Source: Antedon mediterranea
Taxonomy: Eukaryota > Animalia > Echinodermata
Length of the DNA stretch: 64,000 nt
Direction: 5' to 3'
Assembly (NCBI RefSeq): GCF_964355755.1
Contig: NC_092680.1
Coordinates: 13,959,045-14,023,044, forward strand
The notes under the pieces were generated by a model. That model was not told the DNA's origin. It saw only the letters and a list, made by a program, of their open reading frames with translations, and made no database searches. Below, in pieces: positions 1-15,700 of this stretch (within the stretch, counting starts at the first letter, position 1; the number at the start of each line of letters is the position of its first letter). Position numbers and translations under genes: made by a program.

Positions 1-559
1 GATTGTTTACTCAAAATACTTAAAACTTCAAAACCACCATATTGTCGTCGGAAGCCAATCAAAGCTGAGCTTTCCTGCATGATTGGCATTGATCACGGTT
101 GAATGATTTTGGATTCTGGCTATTTGATTGGTAGACGCGAATCACCCACAGCGGAATGTTTTCTCTCACATGTACCGTGAAGTCACATGGTCTGATTGTT
201 AATACACAAGTTTAAAGCAATAAATTTGTCCGAATTCTGTTAAATAAACAACTTATATTTTACTTACAGGTAGATAGAACTTGAATAACATGTTTTATTG
301 ATATTTTCAATGGTGATATATAAAATAAATGACTAAAAACCGTACTTTATACGAAAATTGACCTAGTTAATACAATTGTCGACTGAGGACACAAGTTGTT
401 AAGTTCGTGGCTCAGCTAAATCCCCCGTGTCTCCAACTTAAAAATCCTGGATACGCCACTGAAAGCTCTCCTGATGAAGATCTCAGGCTATTGTCGGTTA
501 TCCAGGTAAGAGACACCACTGTATGTACAATATCTTTATGCTATTATTAATTTCTTCAG

Positions 560-745
560 GGCAGAGTACCAGAGCATATATCATTACTACCAGGCCAAAT
601 ACAGGATGTGAACGAAATAATAGCAGCAGAAAAACAAAGACGAGATGTAGTTCAATTTGCACATCCATCAACACCAGGAACAGGAAGGAGAGTAACACCA
701 AATGTTCCACCATCAGAAAGACCATCAGTACTCTACAATGATCCA
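560..745 (+). CDS. STAP1: STAP-like exon: end of PH region and linker (GRVPEHISLLPGQ...VLYNDP)
   Basis: tttcttcag acceptor, gtaagt donor, 186 nt phase 0/0, LLPGQ motif; this frame is absent from the ORF track. Confidence 0.88.
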
Positions 746-3700
746 GTAAGTTGCTATGACCAATGATACTAATTTTTTGTTGTGGTGTTAGAAGTTTATT
801 TTTTTAGAAATAAAGTAATTATTAAATTATGCTAAGATGAGGGTCAATTTGATCTCTTTTGTGCATACATAAAATAAATATCTGCTGTACCACATTGAAG
901 GTATTGAAGAGTTTCTATCTGCATCAAGCAGAAGCTTTGTTTCAGTGTTGGTGACTTTTTTCCACTCTTCCTCCTTAGAATCAATAAATTATTTAATTGT
1001 ATTCAAGGTGGTTTGGAATTGAAAGACATGTCCGTAATGATTGCTTTAAAAAGTATACTTTCTTTTCAGTACTTCTTCTACCCACCACACCTTAGGAAAT
1101 TAATGAACACTAAGGGGCCATCTTGGTTCTTTAACAAGCTTTCACGTGACCATGCTGAACAGATCCTGAACAAGAATACACAAGTTGGTGACCTATTAAT
1201 ACGAGAAAGTGAGACGCATCCTGGAGAGTTTTCTCTCTCTGTAAGGCAAGATTCACAAGGAAGAATTGTTGTACGCCATTACAGATTTAGAAGGCAGGGT
1301 GATGCCTACAAAATGCACATTGATGATGAGGTATAGGCTACTCCTTTGTAAAAAATATTACATCAAATTGGATAATGGTGTTATTGAGGTTTACTGTATG
1401 GTGTCAGTGGTGATGGCTGTGTATTGAGTGATGGAACTGTGGTCGTGTTTCTTTACATACTTAGTTATTGCTTTATACGCGTTCCACATCTGCATAACAA
1501 TTTTAACAAGTTGTAAACAGGTTTGATCTCACGATTTATTACACGTTTTTTATACACTAACTGTGAGAAATCTCGGGAGAAAGCATAATGGCGCGCTATT
1601 TGATTACTATGATTGGTTAGTTTACCAGTTCAATACAAGTAGTCGACCTTCTCATTTACGTACCCCTTGGTCTGAGAGAAAAAGTTCGTAAATGAGAAGG
1701 TTCGGAAAAAAGCGCCCTCTATTAAATCAGTGGTAAAAACATGTCCAAAAAATGCCCTTTGTACAACTTTACTGTGTATAGTACACTATAAAGAACAAAC
1801 AGTATTAAAAATACAGTATAAAACAATTATATTTAACATGTAAATTAACACCTTAAATGCCAAAAAGATTGATATTTCTGCTTTTTGTTATGTTACACAC
1901 ATTCTCTGTACCAAAATTCCATCGTTTACTTTTTATTGTGCATATTTTGACACAAACTGTAATTTACGAACTTGTTCCTAAAGTAATAATATCAAATCCG
2001 TTCTGGACCGTAAATATTTACATTTTTAAGCTACTATGTATGTGTGGTGTTTGACGACACAGCAAGTAAAATGGAATTCCCAGAGAAATGGCTACGCGAC
2101 GACTGACAACAAAGTTTTAAAATGTTAATAAATAAGAGTCAAGTGTTTTTTTATATCGTAACCACATGCACAAACCAAACTAAATTGATAGTATGGTCAT
2201 CGTAGCTAGCCTTTTCTGCACTGCAGTTCGCGATCAACCTTTGTTTTTTCAAAAACACGTGCAGGGTGCTCTCCATGCACTCCAGCAGTGGGGATGATGA
2301 TCTCTAGCTTAGGCCTAGGCCCTAGACTAAACGGCCTAGCTAACGGCCTAGGAATAGACAACTTTTAAACTAGAAATAAATCGTGGATCGTTTTTAATAA
2401 GCTTTGCTTTATTTATTGAAATAATTGTTTTGGGGTAGTTTAATAAATTAAGAAGATAATAAATTAGTAGGTACGTAAAAGTTTTATTAATATTACTGAT
2501 GACGTCATCGTTCGAACGGCGTTCGCAAAATAGAAGGTTCGTAATTGAGAAGTGTGTAAATGAGAAGGTCGACTGTACGCACTAACAACTCAGGACATCT
2601 TAGAAAAAAAAAGCCTCTCATCAGTGTGTTTTTATCCCTATAGATTTCACAAGGGTCTACAAAATTGTCTTTGCACTATGCAAACCTAGTTTTGTTACTT
2701 TTGCAGGTGTGAAAAGGGTATTAGTTAAAGTACTTACTATTGTATTGTGCCATAAAGAATCATTTTTAATCATTAATATATTGGAGAGGCAAGTTTTTAA
2801 AACGGATTATTCTGTGAGTTCTCTCTTAAATATTAACTTGTATTTTGTGACCATCTGGCATTTAAAGCATATTTTATTTTAGCATCCGCCGTTGCCTACA
2901 ATGTATGATCTTATCAAGTTCTTTGTTGAAAAAAGTGGAGGAAACCTGAAACCAATGGAGACGAATGATTTTCGCAGGTTAAAGCTTCCTCACAGCCTAT
3001 ATGAAGAGGGCTTTTCTATTGGTACGTAACTTGTTATCAGTTTTAATACTTTAGATCTGAAGGCATTTACAAATATTTTACAATTTTCCAGACAAAAATA
3101 ATAGTCTGAACTACAGTATACACCTACATTTGCATTAACTTCATACAAAATGATTCCACTTCCTAAATTTGATGAATTTAGGAAGTGAAAAATGTCTCCT
3201 GGACACAGTAAAAAGCTCTCTCTAACAAAATGTGATATTCCAATATAATATATGGAGACGATGATGTAACATCACTACAATATTTGAGCACATCGCACTT
3301 TTTTTGTCAAACTAGTTTGATAGTGTAGACAGAGCTTTAGAATAACAACTTAATGCTCTTTGTATACAAACAACTTGTGTATGTACTATTTCAGTTTGTT
3401 TACAAATAGCCAGATGCCTAAAGGCAACAGTTAAAATAAAATAAAAAAAAATAATTTAGTCTGCAATCTTTCAAATAATAATGTAACAGCTTTGGAGCTT
3501 TGTAAATATCAAACTTATAAACAATAAATTAAAATAATATTTTTATTTTTATTTTCTAGCAATTTGAAGCTTTGCCTATTAATGTATTTTAATATATTTC
3601 TTATAAAAAATAATTTCTAAAAAAATGTAATAATTTCTAACCAAGAGACGTAGAGGTATCAGTGAGGGATTTCTTTTTATTTAAAATATAATTTGTCCTT

Positions 3701-6700
3701 CTGCAGCCTCAAAGCTTCGTAGTTATCGCCGTAAGTCAGAACCAGTTGTGAATTGTATGTACCTCATTTTACAAAATTGTATTAAATTTGCAAATATTGT
3801 AGTTCCTAAATGCAGTTGGTATTCTATTGCCATCTTCTTCCTTTAAATTAATTTATACTAATTGCTTCTTGCTTTTATAAATTATCTAACAACTAATAAT
3901 CTGCCTTATGTAAAGAAACTAGCATACTACTATTAAAATTAGTAAGTAAATGGATCTCATGTCAGCTGTTTTTGTTTTTTCATAATTGCCGCTCATACAT
4001 GTATGATTATTCATAATAACCTCTATTTACTTGAAAGTGTATAATTATTAGTACTATAATGGGTAATGATATAATAGTTGTACCTTGTCTAAAGATTTTG
4101 AAATGAATTATTAAAAATAACAACTAAATAGTCAAAGGTTATTCTAACAGTAATCTTATCATTCTCATTTTGCTCAAGGATATCACTGGGTGCAGCAAGC
4201 AGCAATTCATTTTATAATATTTTATTAATTTTTTACAATTTTATTTTATTGGACTTTGCATTTCTTAAAGCTTGGTTCCCACTTGAACGTAACGCAAGGA
4301 CGTAATCGCAACGCAAGCGTTTTAACCAATGACAGGCGAAGTTATAGACAGTTAGCAATCACAAGCGAATAAGCCATCACTTGTGATTGGTCAATTCACT
4401 TGCGTTGCGTTACGTCCTTGCGTTGCGTCGCTAGTGGAACCACGCTTTAAGCTTTATCGTTATACATTTCATATTAAAGAATTTGAGTAACAAATAACAA
4501 ATGTTTATGAGTTGAATGGTTAAGATTGTCTGTTCTACTCATCGAGTTGAAAAACAGCTTTCTAAGAATGAAAATATTTTCCTTATTCAACGAGTAAAAA
4601 ACATTAATTATTTGTTGACTACACACCATTTTTTATAGAATAAATTTTTATTCAACTAATCTGTCACTTCAATCAAATGTAGGAAGATAGTTTTATTGCG
4701 CAAATTAAGCTCTTAGGTTAAATTTACCTAACAGTCACCACTATAACTAAAATGTTTTGTTTTCTTCCATTACTGGCAGCTACAGTGGTGGTGCCAGAGG
4801 GCATACGCACAAGCTTAGCATTGGCTGGGGCCATCAAGTGGGGCCGGGGCGGAGCTATCTGCATATCAGAGGCCTTGGGGGAGTGGGTGCAAAGATAGTT
4901 TTTTTTGGGTTACTAATCTATGACCACCACCATTGTTGGGCTAATTTTGAAAAGTAGAGCTGCTAGGTCCCCGAAAATTGCATATGTAATCGGACCTCGG
5001 ATACAAGTAGCTCTCTTCGATGGGAGGTGGGGGGGGGGGGGGGATCTGGCCCCATAGAACCCCCACTGGCCCCACCACTGATATTTAAAAATTCATTTAC
5101 TTCCATATCATTCATATAAAAAACCTCTTTTAGGTGAATGTTAATGAGGAGCTTCCTATTTGTTTAGCAGAAATTTTGCAGCAAAGAACTAAACATTTGC
5201 TTTGCATTTTGCTTTTTCTTTTGTTATAGCATATCCAAAAGATCCAGAAAATGGAGAGAGGAGTCCTCTTGACACCCCTCCGGATGATTACCTACCCCCA
5301 ATGATACATCAAGGTAATGAATAATATACATATATATGCAGAGACATTTCTTATTAACACAATGTAGTTTACACTGTGATAGGTTCTGCCAGAGTAGAGT
5401 TGTGTTTCACAAAAGACAATTTTCAAATGTTATCAATGCCCTTCCCCAGCCCCTTGACAATAACTATTTTATCAAAATGGTTTTTTTTTTGGCGCTTTAA
5501 GTAAAAAAAAAAAAATGAATTTACAAAACTACGAAAGCTCGCCTCGCCCGCAGATGGTTTGCATTTTCCTATCTCCTCCTACGACAGCTCGAGTACAGCA
5601 TCACATTGTTGAAGGCAGGCCGATTTTCTTACTATTTTGTTTATTATTTTGATAGATTTAATATACGTTTATACAAATGTATTGATTTGCGATGAATGGG
5701 ACAAATTATTTGGTTTAACACAACTAGGTAAATTTATGGGCCCTTGGAGGATAAACTTAAAAGCTTAAGATATAATGATCTTGATCTGGCTTGTAGTAAT
5801 AAGATAAGATAAGATAAGATAAGATAACTTTTATTGATCCTCAAAAAGGAAATTCATTGCTCGTCATAATAACAAAGAAAACACTATAAAAACAAATATA
5901 GCATAAAACCATTCATATAAAAACATCTAAAAAATTACAATATAAAATTATCTTCTTGACTTCCTGTTGTACTGGATGATACCGGAGGGAATAAAGGATT
6001 TAGCAAATCGATTTGTTTTCACACTGAGGAGCCTCAATCTACCACTTGGATTAAGTTGGTCTATGATCACTTTGTGGAGAGGATGAGAGGCATCCGACTC
6101 AATGCGTTCGAAATCTTTCTGGAGGTGTTCTAGGTGCACATCGGTAAAGGAAGGCAGTTCCAGACCAATCATTTTACCAGCCCGACGGATGAAAGTTTCA
6201 AGGCGTCCTTTATTCCCTCCGGTAACATTACCAGCCCAACAGGAGAGGCAATACGTCCAAACACTACATATAACGGATCTATAGAACGAAAGTAACATCA
6301 AATCACAGGAGTTAAATTTATATAAAGTTCTCATACAATACATTCTGGGACTTAATTTTTTGCTGATGAAGTCTATATGGTCTCCCCAACTCAGTTTATC
6401 ATTGAAAACAATTCCTAGATACTTGTACTGGTCAACAATTTCAATTTCTTTACCTTTGATAGTGATTGGTTGAAAATTAAATTTATGTTTAGTCCTAAAA
6501 TCAATGATCATCTCCTTTGTTTTTGATGCATTTATTTGGAGATAATTATCGTCACAAAATTTAACAAATCTTTGTATTTCGCTACGATAATTTTCATCAT
6601 TGTTAAGTTATTAGAAATGTTCTTTTTTCCAAACATACAATTAGTATGTAAACTAACCTTGACAGTTTTGCTGTCCTCATCGGACAGCTTCTTCGGAAGT

Positions 6701-9700
6701 AATGACGATCTATCACCAAACAGATTGACTTCTAGAGGGCCAATTCAGTCATGTGTATGACCCTGTCATTACAACCTTGTCAATAAAAACACAAATATGT
6801 ATATGTTTATTCACTTATTTATGTAAATGTTTGTCTGTAAAATGATACAAGGAGTAATTAAAAACGAAATTGTAGTTGGAGAGAAGAAGCATGTTTATGT
6901 TATGTTTTGTGCCGTTATGTTTTCACCATTGACAGCCATTGGAGTGGAGCTGTATCATGGAGGTGGTGTTTTCCTTCCAATCCCAAGGTCCGGGGTTCAA
7001 TCCTGACTTAGTGCCATATATGGTTATAACGTACACTCTTTCAATTGCACTTCCTAAGCCCTAGGCCTATACTCTACAATAATCATTTAATTTCATAACT
7101 TTTAATTTTATGTTGTATGAGTAGGCCTAATAAAGTTTATTTTGTATTCTTGTTTATGTACACATCATTAGGCCTAATTCGCTGGCTGGGTGGTGACCGA
7201 AAACGTGAGCTATAGCCGCAAAAGACCTAGTTTAATTCTTATAAGCCTAACTACACTCCAAGTTAGATGAATCTTCATATATCGGTCATGGATCTAAAAT
7301 TATCCGAAAGCCACTTTTAGTGTTGATTAAGTTTACTGTCCTGTATATAACACCCTACACTATTTCTAATCTAAGCATTTGTTGAAATAATGCGTTCTCT
7401 ATTTACCGAGGAATTTGAAGCTTCAAATACAGATTGGAATGTTCCATTTGAACATCACAAATCAATACATTTGTATAAACGTATATTAAATCTATCAAAA
7501 TAGTATTTTTAAAGAAAATCGTCTTCAACATTATGATGCTTTACTCGAGCTGTTCATTTGGTTTTCAGCCATTAAAATCAATTATCGTAGGAGGAGATAG
7601 GAAAATATGTAGCATCCTCTTATTATTGTATGCATGTATTTTTCAAGATGGATATGCATTAGACAGTGTATACCACGATCGGAAACACCCCTATTTGCGG
7701 CAAATCGTTGAACCTAAATTTGTTTTAATTGTCAATAAATAATTATCAAACTCAATTTAATTAGTAAACAGGGTTACATCAGGGGGTTAAAATCAGTATC
7801 GAAAGTACGAACCAACTTTATATACCATCGAGTAAACATTCTAGAAATAACGCGCGATTTATCGAATTTTGCCCTTACGTAAATTTATATATAGATGTAC
7901 TGTATGTGAAAGTATATGAAATACTGGGTTTGGGTTTGTGTGATGACACTAATACACCAATATAGATATATAAAATGCACAGAATATTATACAAATAATG
8001 AATGTTTATGAGTGAAATTTCATCTTTCACTGAATTCACTAAATTATTTTATGAATATCATTCATTTTTTGTTTATATCACACCTCCTACTTTCGAAGAG
8101 GCAGCACTCCAATTTTGAACACTGAGTAGAACAATTATAGATGGCATGACACTAGGGGTTCATCTCAATTCACTCACCGAATAAAAAAAAACAAGTAAAA
8201 CAAAATTGCAGTACTAAATTTACTCAATGTTCTACATAGCATTTATTTAATACCATGTGACTCACAATCCTCTGGTCAAATGCGTAGAATCCACTTACAT
8301 GTGTTATACAAATGAATTCATTCTGTATTTAAAACATAATAAATAAAAAACATAAAATTCCTCATCTGTGAAAGAGAACAATTTCTGAAATACTTTCAAT
8401 TTCCTGAAAAACTATTTGAACAAAATGTACTTCCATCTCGAAACCAGTCATACCAATAACATTCGCGATGAAAGTACAAAATAGGTGGCGCTGTTTTATT
8501 TCAAAAGCAACAGTATAAAAAAACTACTTTCCAAACACGAAAAGATATTGTTTTTAGTACACGAAATCATGACCGGAAGTTATTTAGGTGTTATATAAAA
8601 AGAAATATACTAGCCATTAAAATAATTTAAATATTAATTCCATTTTTAAAGTTACAAAAAACCTCATTCTTTCATTGCATATTTATAAAATAAATATTAA
8701 AATTATCTCCCTGAAAAATGATTTGTTGACTTTCATATTTCCTTGATTTCTAATCTTAACATCCGTAGTCGGTTTACTTATGCTCTTTATCTTGGTAATA
8801 CTGTACATTCAAGCAGATAACATTTAGATATAGGAAGTGAAAATGTTGATGAACAGTTTAAAAACAATCTCCAAATATTTTGCAATTTAGAACCAATAAT
8901 AATATATATATATATATTTGCATACTTATTGATACTTGTAGATTAATATTTGTGTTTGCTTTTTTTCAGCAACAGGTCAACCAGAATTCCAAGTAAGTTT
9001 AATTGTTTAATCATTCTGATTTTGGGCATTAAAAAAAGAACATTTCATCTTTCATTTAATGAATTTGTTTGGACCATTGCACAATTATAACATTCATTAT
9101 TTGTTTTATAACACACCTACATTTAACAAGAGAAAGTAGCGCTCCAATTTTTTGCCAATTTGACACGTAGTCAACAGCCTAGCATTGTGGCGCATGTTTT
9201 GCTTGCTTTCTGTGTAACAAAAATGAAATGCATATAAATAATTGCATGATTTTGAGATTGCACTCTTGATAACTGAAGAGTTCAATAGAATTTTTATTGA
9301 ATATCACAATCCTCCAATCAAATGATACGAATCTATTCTATTGTACCCACGGTGGGCTTATACAGTTACTATAAAGTATAGTATTTGTTTAATTTTTAAC
9401 TTATACATTGTAATACTTTATTATTATGGTATCTATTTCTAGATAAGATTCTGCTATTTACTATTTATGAAAATTGTCTTTTTTCTTTTTATAGAATAGA
9501 GGAAGTCCTCAACACATAAGCTATTATAATGTACCAGGTAAGTATTATAGCAATTAAGTTTCATACTAGTTGAATTTCCTAATAAATACATTTCTTCCAT
9601 AATGCAAGCACGTACGTACTGTGTTTAATGATAATAAGAATAATAGGAATATGAACAATGTAATGTGTACTACAGTCAACTCTCCCAATATATATATATT

Positions 9701-12700
9701 TTCCGGTTTTTCGAAAGTCCGGTTTCCTGAAAACATATTTTTAAAGTCATCACGTTGTCACTGAAAATGCTTTGAATCACCGGTCCGAATGCTGCCCGGT
9801 ACGGTCTAGCGTAGGAAAGGCCTAGGCTATGATTGTGTCAAGCTAGTTTTAATTAAATAATACTGATAGGCCTAGGCCTACTTTATTAATATTAAGCTAA
9901 TTCAATTTACCTTTTTTAAAAGTTACATTATTTACTGTACCAATAAAACATGTTACAGTAGTAAATTATTGTTTCTCAATGTGTTTTTAGCGGCAAAAAG
10001 GCCTAGGCTAGGCCTACGTATGTACGGTGAACATAATTTTGGTCGTTTATTGTTTATCGCGAGCTAGCAGCAGCATGGGTGATAAAAATAGCAGAGCGGG
10101 GCTTTGATTGATGCGCATGTGCAGAGGTGTCATAATCAAATAAAAACACCCACACTTAGACCACATGTTTTTTAAGCTCCTTTATTTTGACGTAATTTGA
10201 TAGCAATAAATGAGCCAAGCAATAATGACACAATAATTAATTGGTAACATTTCAAAGTTTATTAACACTAGTTAAGTCAAGTTCATTCCGTTTACGTTTT
10301 GCCATAATGATTTCCAAATTTATAACGATGCACATTTTTAGTGAAACATTCCTTTTTAAAGTCCTATTGCAATTGTGAATTTAACAATAATTTAAACAAA
10401 ACAAAGACACAAAGTGGAATGTAAATCGAACTTTATTAAAAAATAATTCATATGCTAAAAACAATAGACATTAAGACATAGCGCTTCACCGCAGTTCGAT
10501 ACGCAACAAAGCAATTGCCGCTTCGTGGGTTAACAATGAACTGACCTGTCAATCACAGTGTAGCGCTCCATGGCAACATTATTTGATCGTACCGCGAAAC
10601 GTCGCGCACTTCATGCATGGTCCGGTCAGGGTATGGTTAAAAGCTTTTGTACATTGTGAATGTATTGAATCCGAGTCAGCGACGACGATGTTACGTTGTT
10701 TTCGTAAATATTTGGAGTTTTTTAACTGTCAGTCCGGTTTTCAGACGCTAATTTTCGTGTTTTGTACTTCATAATTTGTCCGGATTCCGGAATTGGGTAT
10801 TCCGGTTTTCATAATAAATTACAGTACATTTAGAATATGGACAAATTGGGCCATCCAAAAAAGTCCGGTTTTCCGTGAATTCCGGTTTTGGGAGAGTCCG
10901 GTATTGGGAGAGTTGACTGTATACTGTTTCTAATCTATGTAGTAATAGTAAATACTTAAAATTATGACTATTCGCAACCTAGGACAGTGCAATGTTGTTT
11001 AGATGTATATGTATATAATTGTTACTTTATTATTGTATACTTCTTGTCTTTATTAGTTGTTTATGTATACACATTTCTGTATTTCTTTGTATTTTATGAA
11101 GACTAAAGTAGTGATATCTTGCATTGTGCATGTGCAGTACTCCCATTTCATACACTATGCTACAAAATACACATGCATAAATACACACGCATCGAATAAT
11201 AATCAAAACAATTTATTTTATTATTTTATGTATTAGGGCACATGTGGCATATGTTTTACCAATAGTAAATTAATCACTGTACAATCTGTGTGTGTTAACT
11301 CGGATAATAGTCTTTATCCGAGAAGACTTGTCTTTATCCGAGAATTGAGTCGGCTTTGAACCCATGCTGATTTTGTTGGCTCGGTAAACATTTAATGTTT
11401 TTTTTTTATAGAAACACAACTTCATTTTGACGATGTTCCTAATGATCCTCCTCCACCAACTCCAAAGAGGAGACAAACAGTGTCAGATACTGTAAGAAGA
11501 CCACCAGGTAACAATAACCATCATAGTTGATTCATCCCTTTACTTTGTGCTCTTTATCAACAAATTATATTTCATTCGTAGTTTGAACAATCTATAATTA
11601 ATTTAAAATATCATGTGTATTGATTATTAATCATGAATTTATATTAATTTTCTTACTTCTGTTAGTACAGTATTACATAACTGTAATCTATTTTGAAAAC
11701 ATTTTGTTTTATTCTTTAACACTATCCAAAATTTGTAAATATTTTGCTGTATATTACCGTATTTATTATGGAATAAACATGAGTGATCAATGGTGACGTG
11801 CCAACCTACTACATTTTGGCAATTATGTGGTCATTATAGAGTCCAAGTTAGTTTTACAAAGTGTCAACTGTTGCACTGCTAGATACTATTACTACATTTG
11901 TACATTTAAAGCCGATTTACACAAACGAGCGGTAACGGTAAGAAGAAAACAAAACATAGAATATGTTATTTCTTATGATCATTTGAACAGAATGCAGAGA
12001 GTACGGGCAGTTGAGCGGAAATCCGCTCCGGATAGAAACAGATTCTCTTTTGCCAAAATATTGTGTGGTAATGTTGGATTCTGCACAATCAACAACATGA
12101 TTGATGTGATGTCATCTATCAACAACTGTTTTACGTGCGTCCATCAAGACAATATGTTAATAATATGAGTGTCATAGTAGACCAGTTTCAGAACTTATTA
12201 TTCAGAAAAACAGAAAACTATACAAAATTTGATTGGTTGTATAAAAAGATACATTTGGGAATTTATTAGGCAAAAAGCGACGATGACTGGTATACTGGAC
12301 ATCTAAAACCAGGCCTAGCTGCTCTAGGTCTACTGACAGTCAGTCAAATATCTAATCCAGGCCAGTAGTGCAACATGCATATAGCCTCAAGGCCTACAAA
12401 CACTTACTTTCTACCAAGAAGAATTCTGTGTGAATGAGACTAGTGATGCGTGTTTTCGCCAACCGTTACCGCTCGTCTGTTTAAATTGTCCTTTAGTACT
12501 TGATTATTTTCTTTTCTGATCAATTATAATGTACTTTACCTGATAGAATTACCTCCATCCAGACGTCGACAGTCAGAACCAATTGTTAAACCAACATCCT
12601 GTATGTAAAACAAATTGATAACATTCACCACTTTGTTACACTAAAGCACCACTTTGTTTATATCTATTTTACTAATACAGGTTTAAAGAAAGCAAAATAA

Positions 12701-15700
12701 CAGAATGTTAAAACCATCTATTGATGAAGTGTTTTTCTCTAATTTGATAATTATTATTAAATGCATGACTAGTTTATAATAATGAAATGGTAATAGTGTA
12801 CATAATAGGAAATTATTTAAATTAATTCTGTGTTATAATTCACACATGCAACATCTGTTAGAGGGTGATCCTCCTTAACCACTTTACAAAGAAGCAATCC
12901 CTTCCACTAGAAGACTACAAAAACTCCATCCAAGTCCAAGGGAAGCACACTAGAACATTCCTTTCAAGGTGACTATATCAAAGGAGCTTAGGTTGATCAA
13001 GTTTTTTTTTTATCATGATCCATACTCTATCTACTAGTTGGATAGCCGAGTGGTTAGGACACTTGACTGTCATACAGATCAATTCCCGACAACTCCCAGT
13101 CCACTCAGCTGTAAATGAGTACCTGGTTGAAAAAAAAATGCGGCATTGAAAGGAACTGTGGCCACCCTACCACATAATGCTGAGGCTTAGTACAATGAGC
13201 TCCTAACAGCTCATTCTCCTACGTTCAGAGAACACGGGATTCACCTTTACCTTTTTACTCTATCTACTAAAGTCATTTTAAAATAGTATTTTATTATTAA
13301 CCTTACTAGCTAGGTTCTCATTCAGAAATTATTGCGAGTTCTTTATCATGATGTTCTATATGAACCTGCAGGAAGTTGTTAACATGATCTTGTTTATCAC
13401 GTTAAGTCCGGCTAACATGCGCCTGTTAATTATCATGATCTTACGAAGTTATGATATTATCATAGTGTCATCAGTGGTGGTTGTGATTTTAATATTTAGC
13501 TATATTTTTTAACTATTAGTTTACACAACTGATTTACGTAGCATTTTAAACACAAATATTACATAGTTTAAAGTAATGTACCTCTAGCCCATCAGTGCCT
13601 GTGAAATGTGCTGCGGTTCCGATCCGACACTGGCAAATCAAATCAAAGTCAATGTTACGTTGTAAAATTTGATGGCACAACAGGTGTTAAGACCCTTAAA
13701 ACAGCAATTGTTATACCGAATCGTACAGTGTGAATAGGTGTTAAAAATTGCTACACGTCTGAATAGGGTATTTGTAACAGCTGTTAAATAAGGTTGAAAA
13801 GTGGTTTTTAGCTAATATTTTATATAGAAAATTTACTAATATCATCATTGGTGACGTAATGGCTATGAGTGCTCACTGGCTAAACACAGGGGCCCCAGAG
13901 CCTATGAGCTGCCCAATGCAACTACCCAGAGAAGGAGCCGTTAGGAATGCTCTCCTGCGTTACACCACCGATCATCACAGATAACCACTTCACCTCACTT
14001 CTAATTTATAGATAGAAACTTTAAAGCTACAAAGGATATTGATATTTATTTCTTTTCAATTGTGTTGTAAAAAATGGGTTTTTTTTCCACAGAATGTGCT
14101 GTTTAAAAAAAATTTGGACTTAATAGGTTATTAAGACTTTTCATGGGTATTCAAGTGTTACTGCAGTAGGCTTTAAATACTGTGGTTTTTGTTTAAGCAT
14201 TCTGTCAACACGATTTTGTTTAAAGTACCATGTGATAATATGTGTGCATATGATTCTAAGCAAGGTGTTATTACAGTTAAATGTAGGTTCCAGTAAATGA
14301 AACATTTTATTTTTTTGTGTGCAGCTGCTATTACCAGTTTAACCCGAAGTGCCACACGGCCAACCACCTCACATCAGACATTAAGACCTGCAGGTTCGTT
14401 AGCGCATGGCAATTCTTGGCATGGGCAACAGGCACCTATCACTGTCGATAGTTCTACACTGCATGATCTTAATCGTATGTCGATATCAGACTCCAACAGA
14501 GGAACAGTTAACAATCTGGGTGCAACGTCGCCCAATAACAGTAACGATGATAATATGTCTACATATCTGGAAGTGAGTTGGGTAATTTGTTACTGCTCAT
14601 GCGCAGCAGAAAAGAAAAGAAATTGCAGGCTGAGCTATAGCCAATTCTGATCATATAGACAGTTATGCATTGTGGATGCATTCATTTAAATAGCAAAAGA
14701 TTTATTTCATATTAACGTACAGTTCCAGTATTTTGGCACTAGCAGTAAATTATTTGACTGTCATCAGTATAATAGAAAGCTTTAGATTTAGCAATAGCCT
14801 AGAATCTAAAGCTCTCTCTACACTATCAAACTCAGTTTGACATGCCCAAATATGGTAGTAATGCGTATGACATCATTATTTCCATATATGGGCATATAAA
14901 CATGCGCATTTGAACCCTTTTTTCGGAGAAATTGAATCGATAAATTAAAACTAAACTTTACTAGAAAAATCTAAATCCACAATGTATATCTATCTATTGT
15001 GAATCCTTAAACTTCCTAAATAGCAAACTGATGTTACAAACTAACACTGCATTAGCAAACTCTAAAGCATGCTGTAGCAGTTAATACTAATATTCTTAAT
15101 TTTAATGCTTAAAATATTAAATTTAATAAACAGTACTGTAGATTACAAATGCTGAATATTTAGATTTAATATAACAGTAAAAGTTATTCAATATGTGTTT
15201 GACATTATCAAATGAATATTGTCATTTTTAAAATTTAACACAATTTAATCAAAGTATAGGCTTGTTTATTATATGAATTCATTTTCATTTCACATAAAAT
15301 ACATTAAAAGATGAAAAAGTCCATCAACAAAAAGCTAAAAGGTTATGCGTGGTTGATGATCTAAAAAACTTACTAAAACAACTATAAAGTCCCATTCCCT
15401 ACGTTTTTTAGATCTAATTAAAACGCCTAGGCCTAGCCTAATACTAAACAGGCCTACCTAGGCTTACTACTAGCTAGGCTGAAAGGCACACGAAACTTCG
15501 ACAGGAAACTGGAACTCATCTAGGCTATAATTATGTTTTTTCCAAAGCTAAGCAAAGTTTTCTGAAGCTAAGATGCCTATTTGATCTAAATTAGTACATA
15601 TATATCTCTCCAAAAATGTACTTCCATCGCTAAACCAGTCATAACATTTAATCTTCACGGCGAAAGTACAAAATAGGTGACGCTGAAAAACCTTTTTTAA

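Noticed and set aside
470-505. Hammerhead ribozyme core CTGATGA (also near 2496)
   Set aside because: No correctly placed GAAA or closing stems
1013-1336. SH2 ORF as a stand-alone gene or as Grb2/Nck/Src
   Set aside because: The ORF start is intronic; no SH3 or kinase exons were found; flanking exons carry STAP motifs
8480-8495. CTCF-like TAGGTGGCGCTG motif
   Set aside because: Part of an interspersed repeat also seen near 15675; the motif alone is not evidence of function
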